Positions 17,871 through 25,953 of a stretch of DNA of 64,000 nt are shown in pieces (the first letter of the stretch is position 1; the number at the start of each line of letters is the position of its first letter). This DNA comes from Patescibacteria group bacterium (lineage in GTDB: Bacteria > Patescibacteriota > Minisyncoccia > UBA6257 > 02-FULL-45-10c): assembly GCA_018969615.1 (NCBI GenBank), contig JAGWYA010000004.1:9922-73921 (forward strand), written 5' to 3'. Position numbers and translations under genes: made by a program. The notes under the pieces were generated by a model. The model worked only from the letters and a program-made list of their open reading frames with translations. It had not been told where the DNA came from and ran no database searches.

Positions 17871-18187
17871 AGTTCTTTTACCGGCTTGTACTGCTCGTTG
17901 AGCGCCCGTGTGCGTGGGTCAGGGAAATCCGTTCCCGCGCCGCTGCTGCGATCGCGCCAGTACCGGCAAGACGTACGGAGAATACAGCCATGAGGCAACT
18001 CATGGTTCTGCGACCCGCGGCGGGGCCAAACCTCCTGCCTCGCTCTTGGTTGCGGACTGGGCCTTGGACGTCCTCGGCCTGACGGTAGTGTATTCTCTGG
18101 CACTTTAAGTCCTCGACTCTTGTCGAGGCCCAAGCCCTTCGTGCATCTGCCGGAGGCCCCTCGCACATATGCGAGGGTTTTGTTTTT
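17870..18187 (+). ncRNA. Unidentified GC-rich noncoding transcript of about 320 nt, bounded by a promoter and an intrinsic terminator (CCCCTCGCAcatatGCGAGGG followed by T-run at 18157-18187)
   Basis: No credible ORF on either strand; six-frame products are Arg/Pro-rich junk. Many local GC hairpins. A strong terminator 66 bp before aspS. I could not match RNase P P4, a tmRNA T-loop or tag, or a T-box motif. Confidence 0.4.
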
Positions 18188-18252
18188 TAAGGGCTCCGAT
18201 CGAGGAGTCTTTTTTATTTCCCGCGGATGCTGTATATTAGTAAAGTAATTTT

Positions 18253-19650
18253 ATGCGTACACTGATCGCCGATATCGTCAAAAAAGAAGGGGAGAAAGTC
18301 GAGCTGATGGGCTGGGTTGCGGTTCGCCGCGATCACGGCAAGCTTATTTTTATCGACCTCCGAGACCGGAGCGCGATGTGCCAGGTCGTGTTCATCGGAA
18401 AGGATAAAGAGCTCTATGAAAAGGCGAGCCAGCTCCGTTCGGAGTGGGTGGTGAAGATCACCGGTCAGGTGAATAAGCGCCCGGAGAAGTTGGTGAATCC
18501 GAATTTGGTGACCGGCGCCTATGAGGTGCTCGCCGAAGGATTGGAGATCCTGAACGAGGCAACGACCCCGCCGTTCGACCTGGGAACTGATGGGATGGAC
18601 GTGAACGAGGAAGTGCGGATGAAGTACCGCTATATCGACCTCCGCCGCGCGCGCCTGCAGAAAAATCTGAGACTTAGAAGCAAGACCTTGGCTGCTGTGG
18701 ATGAGTATTTGAAGCAGAATGATTTCGTAGAAGTCGAAACTCCTATTTTAGGAAAATCTACTCCGGAAGGAGCCAGGGATTATCTCGTTCCGGTCAGGAC
18801 CTATCCGGGGAAATTTTATGCATTGCCGCAGGCTCCTCAGCAATATAAGCAGCTTTTAATGGTTGGCGGTTTAGAGCGCTATTTTCAGGTAGCCCGTTGT
18901 TTTAGAGATGAAGATACGCGCGGGGATAGGCAGCCGGAGTTCACTCAGATCGACCTGGAAATGAGTTTTGTTAAAAAAGAAGACGTGCTGGATATTTTGG
19001 AGGGATTAATGATTGATGTAGTTAAAAAGGTTTATCCGGAAAAGCATATCACCCAAGTGCCGTTCCCACGCTTGTCCCATAAAGAGGCGATGGAGAAATA
19101 TGGAACCGATAAGCCGGACTTAAGAAAGGATAAAAATGATCCTAATGAGCTCGCCTTCTCGTTTATTGTGGATTTCCCATTTTATGAATGGGACGAGAAA
19201 GAAAAGAAATGGGATTTTGCGCATAATCCTTTCAGTATGCCAGGTGACGGTTCATTGCCTGATGATAAGGCGGAACTGGGCGGAGTTAGGGCTAATCAGT
19301 ACGATCTTGCTTTGAACGGATTTGAAATAGTATCAGGCGGCATCAGAAACCATAAGCCGGAATTGCTTAAAAAGGCTTTTAGCTTACTTGACTACGAAGA
19401 CAGTGTGATTATTGATAAATTTGGCCATATGCTCGAGGCGATGTCATACGGAGCTCCTCCGCATGGCGGCGCGGCTTTCGGGTTTGACCGGTTGATGATG
19501 ATCTTGCTAAATGAGCCGAACATCCGCGAGGTTATGGCGTTCCCGAAGACGGGTGACGGACGGGACCTCATGATGGAGGCGCCGAGCGAGGTGAGTAAGG
19601 AGCAATTACGCGAACTGCATTTAGAAATTAAAGAAGAAAAGAAAAAATAA
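18253..19650 (+). CDS. aspS: Aspartyl-tRNA synthetase, compact form without the bacterial GAD insertion domain
   Basis: 465 aa. Anticodon-binding OB fold. Class II motifs (FRDEDTRGDRQPEFTQIDLEMSF; GGIRNH; GAPPHGGAAFGFDRLMM). Confidence 0.92.
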   Translation: MRTLIADIVKKEGEKVELMGWVAVRRDHGKLIFIDLRDRSAMCQVVFIGKDKELYEKASQLRSEWVVKITGQVNKRPEKLVNPNLVTGAYEVLAEGLEILNEATTPPFDLGTDGMDVNEEVRMKYRYIDLRRARLQKNLRLRSKTLAAVDEYLKQNDFVEVETPILGKSTPEGARDYLVPVRTYPGKFYALPQAPQQYKQLLMVGGLERYFQVARCFRDEDTRGDRQPEFTQIDLEMSFVKKEDVLDILEGLMIDVVKKVYPEKHITQVPFPRLSHKEAMEKYGTDKPDLRKDKNDPNELAFSFIVDFPFYEWDEKEKKWDFAHNPFSMPGDGSLPDDKAELGGVRANQYDLALNGFEIVSGGIRNHKPELLKKAFSLLDYEDSVIIDKFGHMLEAMSYGAPPHGGAAFGFDRLMMILLNEPNIREVMAFPKTGDGRDLMMEAPSEVSKEQLRELHLEIKEEKKK

Positions 19651-19654
19651 TCCT

Positions 19655-20173
19655 ATGAAAAAAACAGAACGAACCTTAGTGCTTTTGAAGCCGGATGCGG
19701 TCCAGCGGAACTTGGCGGGTGAGATCATTAGCCGATTTGAAAAGGCCGGCTTGAAGATCGTGGCTATGAAGCTGGTGCTTCCGACCGCCGATCAGGCGCG
19801 GACCCATTACCAGATCAATCCGAACCTGCCGGAAAAGATCCTTACCCATTTGGTCGCTTTTCTGACCGCCAGCCCGGTGGTTGCGATGGTGCTTGAGGGA
19901 AATAAGGCGATCCCGGTCGTGCGCAAGCTGGTCGGCTCTACCGAGCCGCTGCAGTCCGCTCCGGGTACGATCCGCGGCGACTATACGCTTGATTCGTATG
20001 ACCTTGCCGATGCGGACGGCCGCGCGGTCCGCAACCTTGTCCATGCGTCATCCAGCCTGGAAGATGCCGAAAAGGAAACCACCGTATGGTTTACCAAAGA
20101 TGAGATCGTGGACTACAAGAGCATCCGCGAGCAGATCATCTACGATGTGAATTTGGACCATATTCTTGAGTAA
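19655..20173 (+). CDS. ndk: Nucleoside diphosphate kinase
   Basis: 172 aa. NDK motifs (ERTLVLLKPDAVQR; the NLVHASSS region). Confidence 0.88.
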   Translation: MKKTERTLVLLKPDAVQRNLAGEIISRFEKAGLKIVAMKLVLPTADQARTHYQINPNLPEKILTHLVAFLTASPVVAMVLEGNKAIPVVRKLVGSTEPLQSAPGTIRGDYTLDSYDLADADGRAVRNLVHASSSLEDAEKETTVWFTKDEIVDYKSIREQIIYDVNLDHILE

Positions 20174-20180
20174 AGAAAAA

Positions 20181-20213
20181 CCCCTCCGACTTGAGTCGGA
20201 GGGGTTTGTTTCT
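20181..20213. terminator. Bidirectional terminator CCCCTCCGACttgaGTCGGAGGGG with flanking A/T runs (CCTCCGAC...GTCGGAGG family)
   Basis: Read directly. Lies between the convergent genes ndk and the NDT-like gene. Confidence 0.6.
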
Positions 20214-20670
20214 ATCGGCTTTCGATCCTCCCTTTCCAGCCTTGCCTCGCGGCGTAGGAAGTCAGGAGCATGCGGAGGTCGCGGATGCCTTGGCCGAGCT
20301 CGGTCTCCATCATGAGGTTCCGGCAGCCGAAGACCTTGGCGAACAGGAAGGGTCGGTATCGCCGATCGCCCATAGGGATCTCATTGACGAAAATGACCGG
20401 CTTGTTCTGTCCGAGGGCGTATCCCATCTCCATGAACAACGGAAAAGGGAGCGGGTTATCTTTTTCAGCATAGCCGAATGTGATACTGGCATGGTCGCAC
20501 CGCATGCGGTCCATAGGCCCGTAGGCTTCGGGGTCGCTTGTTTTATTGTCCCGCGGATCGTTCCACGTGACGATCTTTTCATCAAAGAGATCTTTGCAGG
20601 TTTCTTTGACGAAATCCTGCCAGTTGCTTCTCATGCCACCAGCGAGATAGACATCGATCGGATTGATCAT
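20212..20670 (-). CDS. Nucleoside 2-deoxyribosyltransferase-superfamily protein (DNPH1/Rcl-like N-glycosidase candidate)
   Basis: 152 aa. N-terminal VYLAGGM Rossmann start and a GYALGQNKPVIFVNE segment resemble the NDT/DNPH1 fold. Confidence 0.5.
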   Translation of the reverse strand: MINPIDVYLAGGMRSNWQDFVKETCKDLFDEKIVTWNDPRDNKTSDPEAYGPMDRMRCDHASITFGYAEKDNPLPFPLFMEMGYALGQNKPVIFVNEIPMGDRRYRPFLFAKVFGCRNLMMETELGQGIRDLRMLLTSYAARQGWKGRIESR

Positions 20671-20719
20671 AATGCCTCCTGTGAGGATCTGAGAAGAATA
20701 TAAACTAAAATACAGTTAT

Positions 20720-20763
20720 TGTCAAAATAAAAAATACCCCCTCCGGCCGAAGTCGGAGAGGGC
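20720..20763 (-). terminator. Terminator CCCCCTCCGGCcgaaGTCGGAGAGGG preceded by an A-run (T-run on the minus strand), downstream of the HIT-like gene
   Basis: Same palindrome family as 20181 and 37579. Confidence 0.5.
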
Positions 20764-20771
20764 ATGGTTGA

Positions 20772-21167
20772 TCAGTAGGTGACCGCGAGCTCGGCCCGCA
20801 GATGTTGATTGGAATGACGGTAGTTATCCGAGACGTTGATCTTGTGAGATCCGTCCTTCCAGATGCGCATGGGGTCGTTGTCGCACGCCCCTTTGAAGTT
20901 CCTCAGACAATATTCCCCGACTTTTCCAAGGAATTCAGCGGCCTGAAGACAGAGATCCTTGTTTTCCCTGAGTTTCGCGTACGTGGTCAGATGGACCTTC
21001 GGAACGACGACGATCATTGCCGGTTTCTTAGCGTTGTCCGCGATCAGCGCGATGAAGTGTTTCGAATCCAGGATGGCCGTCATCTTAGGCCGCTCCATCC
21101 CGTAGACCATGGCGCATTGTGCGCAGCCTCTTCGCGGATCCTCCTTCTGCTTCTTTTTCTTTTTCAT
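20772..21167 (-). CDS. HIT-like fold protein with a degenerate histidine triad
   Basis: 131 aa. N-terminal CAQC...ILDSKHFIALIADNAKKPAMIVVVPKVH resembles HIT, but the C-terminal HxHxH is replaced by HKINVSDNYRHSNQH. Confidence 0.45.
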   Translation of the reverse strand: MKKKKKQKEDPRRGCAQCAMVYGMERPKMTAILDSKHFIALIADNAKKPAMIVVVPKVHLTTYAKLRENKDLCLQAAEFLGKVGEYCLRNFKGACDNDPMRIWKDGSHKINVSDNYRHSNQHLRAELAVTY

Positions 21168-21554
21168 TGTTTCACCTCTGTAGAGTAGCTGCCCATAGCA
21201 TAGCCATAGAGGCGTATTTCTGTCAATTAAAACGGCTTATTTTTATGCACAGCATCCGCGGCAGAGGAGGGGGTAAATATGCTATACTAAAGATGACCAC
21301 TTCGGTGGTCGAGAGATCTCGCTCATTTTCCTAACAAATCGTTAAATTCGGGAGAGCGAATTTCGTAGCGCCGTGGCGCTCCGATGAGCTCACCCACCTG
21401 ATTCATACCAGGGAACGATAGAGCGAGATTTTTTTATCCAAAAAACCTTAGAAACTACCTGTAGTGAGTTTGCCGAACTATTGACTTTTTGTTTCTTTTA
21501 GTGTATTCTATCAACTGTTCTTTGTTGTGCAGAGGTTCCCAAAGGAGCGACTCC

Positions 21555-21872
21555 ATGATGAAACAGCTGGAACGCCGCATTTCGGTCCAAAAGATCGGAG
21601 GAGAGCCGTTGTCGAAGCCGTTCTACATGACCGTGACGCCGCCGACCGGTTCCCAGTGGGTGGGCATCCGCCATGCGCCTTCCGCTGAGAAGATCCTGCA
21701 GGACTACCTGCGGGATACGAACTTGTCCCGGCGGGAGGTCGCCGGCCGTGTGTGTCTGACGCTGCTTCGTCCTCCGAAAGGCAAGGAGTATCTGGACACT
21801 GATCTTACGATCATGCCGAGGTTCTCGTCCAAGGAGGACTTTCTGCGGAAGAACCTCATCAGCGTCTCCTGA
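21555..21872 (+). CDS. Hypothetical protein
   Basis: About 105 aa from the ATG at 21555, with an AAAGGAG ribosome-binding site 7 nt upstream. No recognisable family. Confidence 0.45.
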   Translation: MMKQLERRISVQKIGGEPLSKPFYMTVTPPTGSQWVGIRHAPSAEKILQDYLRDTNLSRREVAGRVCLTLLRPPKGKEYLDTDLTIMPRFSSKEDFLRKNLISVS

Positions 21873-21880
21873 GGCTGTAC

Positions 21881-21920
21881 ATGCCCCTTTTCGCGTTCGC
21901 GCGGGAAGGGGCATTTTTCT
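21881..21920 (+). terminator. Rho-independent terminator (GCCCCTTttcgcgttcgcgcgggAAGGGGC followed by TTTTTC)
   Basis: Read directly. Confidence 0.55.
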
Positions 21921-21975
21921 TGCAAAAGAGAGCCGCTTGGTTTAATTTGGAATCAGTTCATCTTACGGAGGAAAT

Positions 21976-22920
21976 ATGGAACAGACTGGTTCGCAGGCGA
22001 TGATGTACTGTGCGTATCCGACCCGCCTTTGGAAGACTGGCGGCGGCGACCGGATCATCGAGTACGCCCGGCAGAAAGGGTTCGCTCCGGTGAATCCGTT
22101 CAACTGCGGCGACTTTCGCGATTTTGAAGGCGGTCTCGTCGGCCGCGAAGGGACCCTTCAGTGGACGCTGCATCTGCAGCGTGGCTGCTATTGGACGGGA
22201 TACTTCGGTATATCCGAAGGAGTGATGCGCGAGCTGCAGGATCGACTTTGCTGGGACAAGAACCGGCATATCCGGATCTTTTATGAAGACGATGCCGGGA
22301 AGCCGTTCGATCCGCTGTGGCACCAGGAATATGATGTGCTGAAAGCGAAGTACGGCGATCTGCTCGCCGATGTCCGCGGCAAGCATACGCTGTATGCGTT
22401 TGTCGGTCCGCGGGCAGTCGGGAAGACTTACTGGATCGACCGCATCCTTCAGGAACGGCAGGGCATCGGCCGGATCAAGAACACGACGACCCGACCTCCG
22501 CGCAATAATGAGGATCGAGCGTCTTATCGGTTCATCGAGCGCGATGCGTTCATGCTCCTTGCCGCCGCGCATGATTTTCTGGAACACGTCCAATATGAAG
22601 GGCATTTGTACGGCTCTTCTCTTTCGGCGATCAGGACTGCGCTGTGCCATCATGACGGGATTTTTGCAGTGACGCCGGATGGTGCGAAGGCGCTGTACCA
22701 GTGCCGCTATGAGCTGAACGTCCGGTTCGTGCTTTTGAAAACAACCCCGGAAGTACTTCTTAAGAACCTTGAGAAGCGCGGCATCACTGATCCTCAGGAG
22801 CAATTCAGGCTCATTCAGAAAGCTGATGAGTTCACGCTTCCTTCGGAGATGCCGCATGAGACGATCATTTTGAATCGTGACGCATCAGACGCTGAAAAGG
22901 TCTTCGGACTTTTCCGCTGA
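21976..22920 (+). CDS. gmk: Guanylate kinase fused to an N-terminal domain of about 140 aa of uncertain identity (possibly NDT-like)
   Basis: 314 aa. The C-terminal half carries a P-loop (GPRAVGKTY) and the GMP-binding segment TTTRPPRNNEDRASYRFIERDAF...YEGHLYGSS typical of guanylate kinase. The N-terminal half (MMYCAYP...ISEGVMRE) is not found in canonical Gmk. GGAGG ribosome-binding site. Confidence 0.7.
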   Translation: MEQTGSQAMMYCAYPTRLWKTGGGDRIIEYARQKGFAPVNPFNCGDFRDFEGGLVGREGTLQWTLHLQRGCYWTGYFGISEGVMRELQDRLCWDKNRHIRIFYEDDAGKPFDPLWHQEYDVLKAKYGDLLADVRGKHTLYAFVGPRAVGKTYWIDRILQERQGIGRIKNTTTRPPRNNEDRASYRFIERDAFMLLAAAHDFLEHVQYEGHLYGSSLSAIRTALCHHDGIFAVTPDGAKALYQCRYELNVRFVLLKTTPEVLLKNLEKRGITDPQEQFRLIQKADEFTLPSEMPHETIILNRDASDAEKVFGLFR

Positions 22921-22998
22921 GATCGTAAGCTCCCCGCATTGGGGAGCTTTTTATTGTCCGATCAGAAAATATGATGTATCCTTACCTTTGAAATAGAA

Positions 22999-23069
22999 CG
23001 GGCTGTAGTATACCGGTAGTACGCGTCCATGGGGTGGATGTAGACCGGGTTCAATTCCCGGCAGCCCGA
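22999..23069 (+). tRNA. tRNA-Pro(GGG): tRNA-Pro (anticodon GGG)
   Basis: Hand-folded: acceptor CGGGCTG/CAGCCCG, D-arm GTAT-ACCGGTA-GTAC, anticodon stem CGTCC/GGATG with loop ATGGGGT, T-arm CCGGG-TTCAATT-CCCGG, discriminator A. Confidence 0.75.
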
Positions 23070-23073
23070 CAAA

Positions 23074-23110
23074 TTAAAATATGCCCTTTGGGGCATATTT
23101 TAATTTTGAT
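23074..23110 (+). terminator. Palindrome TTAAAATATGCCCtttgGGGCATATTTTAA with T-run, downstream of tRNA-Pro
   Basis: Read directly. Confidence 0.5.
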
Positions 23111-23303
23111 GGTTTAGGAATTGAACCCGGGAAGGGGGTCGGGGAAACGGCCCGCTTCGCCAAAGCTTTAGCGAGGCGAGGAGTTTCTCCGAAGCGGAGG
23201 CAGCTTCGTGGAACGAAGCGTTGGAACCGAATGGTTCCAAAGAGCGCGAGCGTCCTGTCAGTGAGATCCAGCGAGCGCGAGGGTTCTAGGAGCGGAGCGA
23301 CGG

Positions 23304-23323
23304 ATTCCCGGCAGCCCGACAAA
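23304..23323. repeat. 20-bp exact direct repeat of the tRNA-Pro 3' end (ATTCCCGGCAGCCCGACAAA; the tRNA copy lies at 23054-23073)
   Basis: Read directly. The two copies bracket about 230 bp that contain the 23074 palindrome and a run of short hairpins. Confidence 0.6.
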
Positions 23324-23416
23324 GAAAGATGATCATCTCACTATCCTTCAACGGCGAAATGCCACAGTTTCAGGATATTGAGATGATCGTGAGAGGGAAA
23401 GCAGTATAAGAAAAAA

Positions 23417-23437
23417 CCCTGCCTACCGGCAGGCAGG
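23417..23437 (-). terminator. GC palindrome CCCTGCCTACCGGCAGGCAGG with an A-run (T-run on the minus strand), downstream of rpmB. Sister copy of 160-181.
   Basis: Read directly. Confidence 0.5.
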
Positions 23438-23442
23438 CGCCT

Positions 23443-23631
23443 TTACTTGGCGGCTTTTTTCAACTTGATGCACTTCACGCAGGCTTTCACGCGCCCCGCT
23501 TTTCCGGGTTCGGAAAACCACTGCAGGTTTGCCTGCTTCTTTGACCAATTCGTCGGATTGTAGTGGCCGCGGAGCAATTTACGGGTTCCGCCCATAAAAT
23601 GTCCCTTGCCGCAAAATGCGCACTGCTTCAT
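23443..23631 (-). CDS. rpmB: 50S ribosomal protein L28
   Basis: 62 aa from the internal Met (MKQCAFCGKGHFMGGTRKLLRGHYNPTNWSKKQANLQWF...). The bL28 pattern C..CGK......VSHS-like. The listed 96-aa ORF is an upstream extension. Confidence 0.8.
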   Translation of the reverse strand: MKQCAFCGKGHFMGGTRKLLRGHYNPTNWSKKQANLQWFSEPGKAGRVKACVKCIKLKKAAK

Positions 23632-23722
23632 ATAGAAATAGAGTATATATGAATTGAAATTAAAAAGCAAGGACGCTATGCTAGAGCATAGTACTTGCTG
23701 AGATAGATATCGGAGCGTTCCG

Positions 23723-24061
23723 ATGAAGGCCATTCAATGGTGGGGGAATTCCGGTTACTTGTTTCCGGATCCCGGCACGATCCGTAAGGCGTATTGCGGC
23801 GTGTGCGACACGCGCATGACCGTCAGGCGGAGCGTGCTTGGTCCGACGTGTTTCGCGATGGCGATGGCGGGACATAAGCGGAGGCATGACTCCTTTTATT
23901 GCCCGAATTATGGAAAGGATTGGCATCACCGGATCGATCATCTCAAGATGGAGGTCAACCGCGAGGAACTAAACCACGGGAAAACCGCCAAGCTGAAGCG
24001 GATACGCCGCAATGCCAAGAAAGAGATCTTGAAACTGCTGAAAAAGCATATGGCCCGATGA
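23723..24061 (+). CDS. Hypothetical Cys/His-rich (zinc-binding?) basic protein upstream of dnaG
   Basis: 112 aa. CGVC...C...HKRRH...C...HH pattern. The C-terminus is Lys-rich. No recognisable family. Confidence 0.4.
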   Translation: MKAIQWWGNSGYLFPDPGTIRKAYCGVCDTRMTVRRSVLGPTCFAMAMAGHKRRHDSFYCPNYGKDWHHRIDHLKMEVNREELNHGKTAKLKRIRRNAKKEILKLLKKHMAR

Positions 24062-24077
24062 TATCGGGCCGTTTTTA
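24052..24077 (+). terminator. Hairpin GGCCCGATgatATCGGGCC followed by T-run, overlapping the stop of the 23723 gene
   Basis: Read directly. Confidence 0.45.
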
Positions 24078-24130
24078 TTGCGCCGAAACTGTCCCTGCGC
24101 TCTTTTTTATTGTAAGATTCAATTATTACT

Positions 24131-25867
24131 ATGCCATCCGATACCGCGCATCTCGTCAAAGAAAAATTGGACATCGTCGCGTTCCTGCGCAATTACGTCG
24201 ACTTAAAGCCGGCGGGGAAGAACTTCAAGGCGCAGTGCCCGTTCCATAAGGAGAAGACCGCGTCGTTCATGGTCTCGCCCGAACGGCAGACCTGGCATTG
24301 TTTCGGAACCTGCAATGAGGGAGGGGACATCATCTCGTTCCTGATGAAGTATGAGAACATCGAGTTCTATGATGCGCTGAAGATCCTTGCCGAGAAAGCC
24401 GGCGTTGAACTCCATGCCGCGGGCGACCGCGATTACCAGGCGTCGCAGACGCTGTATCAGCTCATGGCGGCGGCAAAGGAATTCTTTGTTTCCCAGTTGA
24501 AACAGGCGCCGAAGATCAAAGAGTATCTTCATGAGCGCGGCCTGGCCGATGCGACGATCGAAGAATTTGAGATCGGCGTGGCGCCGGATACGTCGGATGC
24601 GCTGATCAAATATCTGGTACAGAAACGATTCACCGTTGCGGACATTGAGCGGGCAGGTTTGGCATTGAAGACCGAGCGGGGAACCTATTGGGATCGCTTC
24701 CGGGCGCGGATCATGTTCCCGATCCATAATCAGATCGGCAAGACCGTTGCGTTCACCGGCCGCGTTCTGCCGTGGAACAACTCGGAGAACGTCGGGAAAT
24801 ATGTGAACAGTCCCGAGACCCCAATCTTCCAAAAATCCAAGGTGCTGTACGGCTTTGATAAAACAAAAGGCGAAATCCGCCAGGTGCATCGCGCCGTGGT
24901 GGTGGAGGGCCAGATGGACCTCATTATGGCGTGGCAGGACGGCATAAAGAACATTGTGGCGACCTCGGGGACGGCGCTGACGAACGATCATCTTGTATTG
25001 CTGAGCCGGCTCGCGGATGAACTGGTGCTGAGCTTTGATGCCGACGCGGCAGGCCAGGCGGCGGCGGAGCGGGCGATCGACCTTGCAAATGCCGCCGACC
25101 TTTCGGTGAAACTGCTTTTGATCGACGATCCGAAACTGAAGGACCCTGCGGATATGGCGCGCGAGCGTCCGGGGCATCTGGCGCAGCTGGTCGCAGCCGC
25201 AAAGCCGGCGATGGAATATTATTTCCATAAATATATGGCGCAGACGTCCGCGGACCGGATGCAGAAAAAGCAACAGATCAGGCTGGTGCTCGGGAAGATC
25301 CGCATGCTTGCGAGTCCGATCGAGCGGAGCGAATGGCTGAAGGAACTTTCGTATATCACGAAGATCAATGAAGAAGTGCTGGTTGAAGAAATGGCGGCGC
25401 TTCCGACGACCGCGCCTGCGCCGGCTCCCCGGACCAAGGAAAGCGCGGCGCCGGTTATTACCGAGTTGAACCGCCGCGAGAAGATCATTCAGCGGCTGAT
25501 CGGGATCCTGCTGTATCTCAAGAGCGACGTGAAGGCGCTGAAGGACTTCGCGCAATATGTTCCGGATAAATATGCGGCGGTGTATCGGAGCTTCACGGTT
25601 CCGGACGCGGAGCGTTCCGAGGAGATCAAGGAGCTGATGGCGGCGATCAGCATGAAGTTCGGATTTGAGAATCAGGGAACGCCGGCTCCTGACCTTGAAA
25701 AAGAGGTCGGCCTGCTGCTCCGTGAACTGAAGCGGGAATATTTGAAGGAGCGCCGCGAGGCGTTGAGCGATCAGATCACGATGTGGGAACGGAGCGGCGA
25801 TCAGGAGAAGCTTGCCGCTGCCATGACGGAATATGCCGCGGTCGCCCGCGAGCTGCAGGGACTCTAA
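24131..25867 (+). CDS. dnaG: DNA primase DnaG
   Basis: 578 aa. Zinc-binding CPFHKEKTASF...CFGC motif, TOPRIM domain (VVEGQMDLI) and a C-terminal helicase-interaction region. Confidence 0.93.
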   Translation: MPSDTAHLVKEKLDIVAFLRNYVDLKPAGKNFKAQCPFHKEKTASFMVSPERQTWHCFGTCNEGGDIISFLMKYENIEFYDALKILAEKAGVELHAAGDRDYQASQTLYQLMAAAKEFFVSQLKQAPKIKEYLHERGLADATIEEFEIGVAPDTSDALIKYLVQKRFTVADIERAGLALKTERGTYWDRFRARIMFPIHNQIGKTVAFTGRVLPWNNSENVGKYVNSPETPIFQKSKVLYGFDKTKGEIRQVHRAVVVEGQMDLIMAWQDGIKNIVATSGTALTNDHLVLLSRLADELVLSFDADAAGQAAAERAIDLANAADLSVKLLLIDDPKLKDPADMARERPGHLAQLVAAAKPAMEYYFHKYMAQTSADRMQKKQQIRLVLGKIRMLASPIERSEWLKELSYITKINEEVLVEEMAALPTTAPAPAPRTKESAAPVITELNRREKIIQRLIGILLYLKSDVKALKDFAQYVPDKYAAVYRSFTVPDAERSEEIKELMAAISMKFGFENQGTPAPDLEKEVGLLLRELKREYLKERREALSDQITMWERSGDQEKLAAAMTEYAAVARELQGL

Positions 25868-25953
25868 GACTGTTACTTCCTTGAAGGATCTTTCGTTGTA
25901 TTATTGCACTGTTTGATATAGAATAGGTGCACGAGTGCAGACCATCCTTATCT

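Noticed and set aside
17870-18187. Assignment of the ncRNA candidate as RNase P RNA, tmRNA or a T-box leader for aspS
   Set aside because: No P4 consensus strands, no tmRNA T-loop (GGTTCGA) or tag reading frame, and no T-box sequence adjacent to the terminator. Identity left open.
21390-21400. Hammerhead ribozyme core (CCGATGAG resembles CUGAUGAG)
   Set aside because: U4 is substituted, and no stem II plus GAAA or cleavage-site context follows; this is a chance similarity.
23108-23300. Possible second tRNA, or a tRNA with an intron, downstream of tRNA-Pro (GGAATTGAACCCGGG looks like a T-arm)
   Set aside because: No acceptor or anticodon arms could be folded. The only tRNA-derived part is the 20-bp 3'-end repeat at 23304-23323, so I interpret it as an att-like scar.
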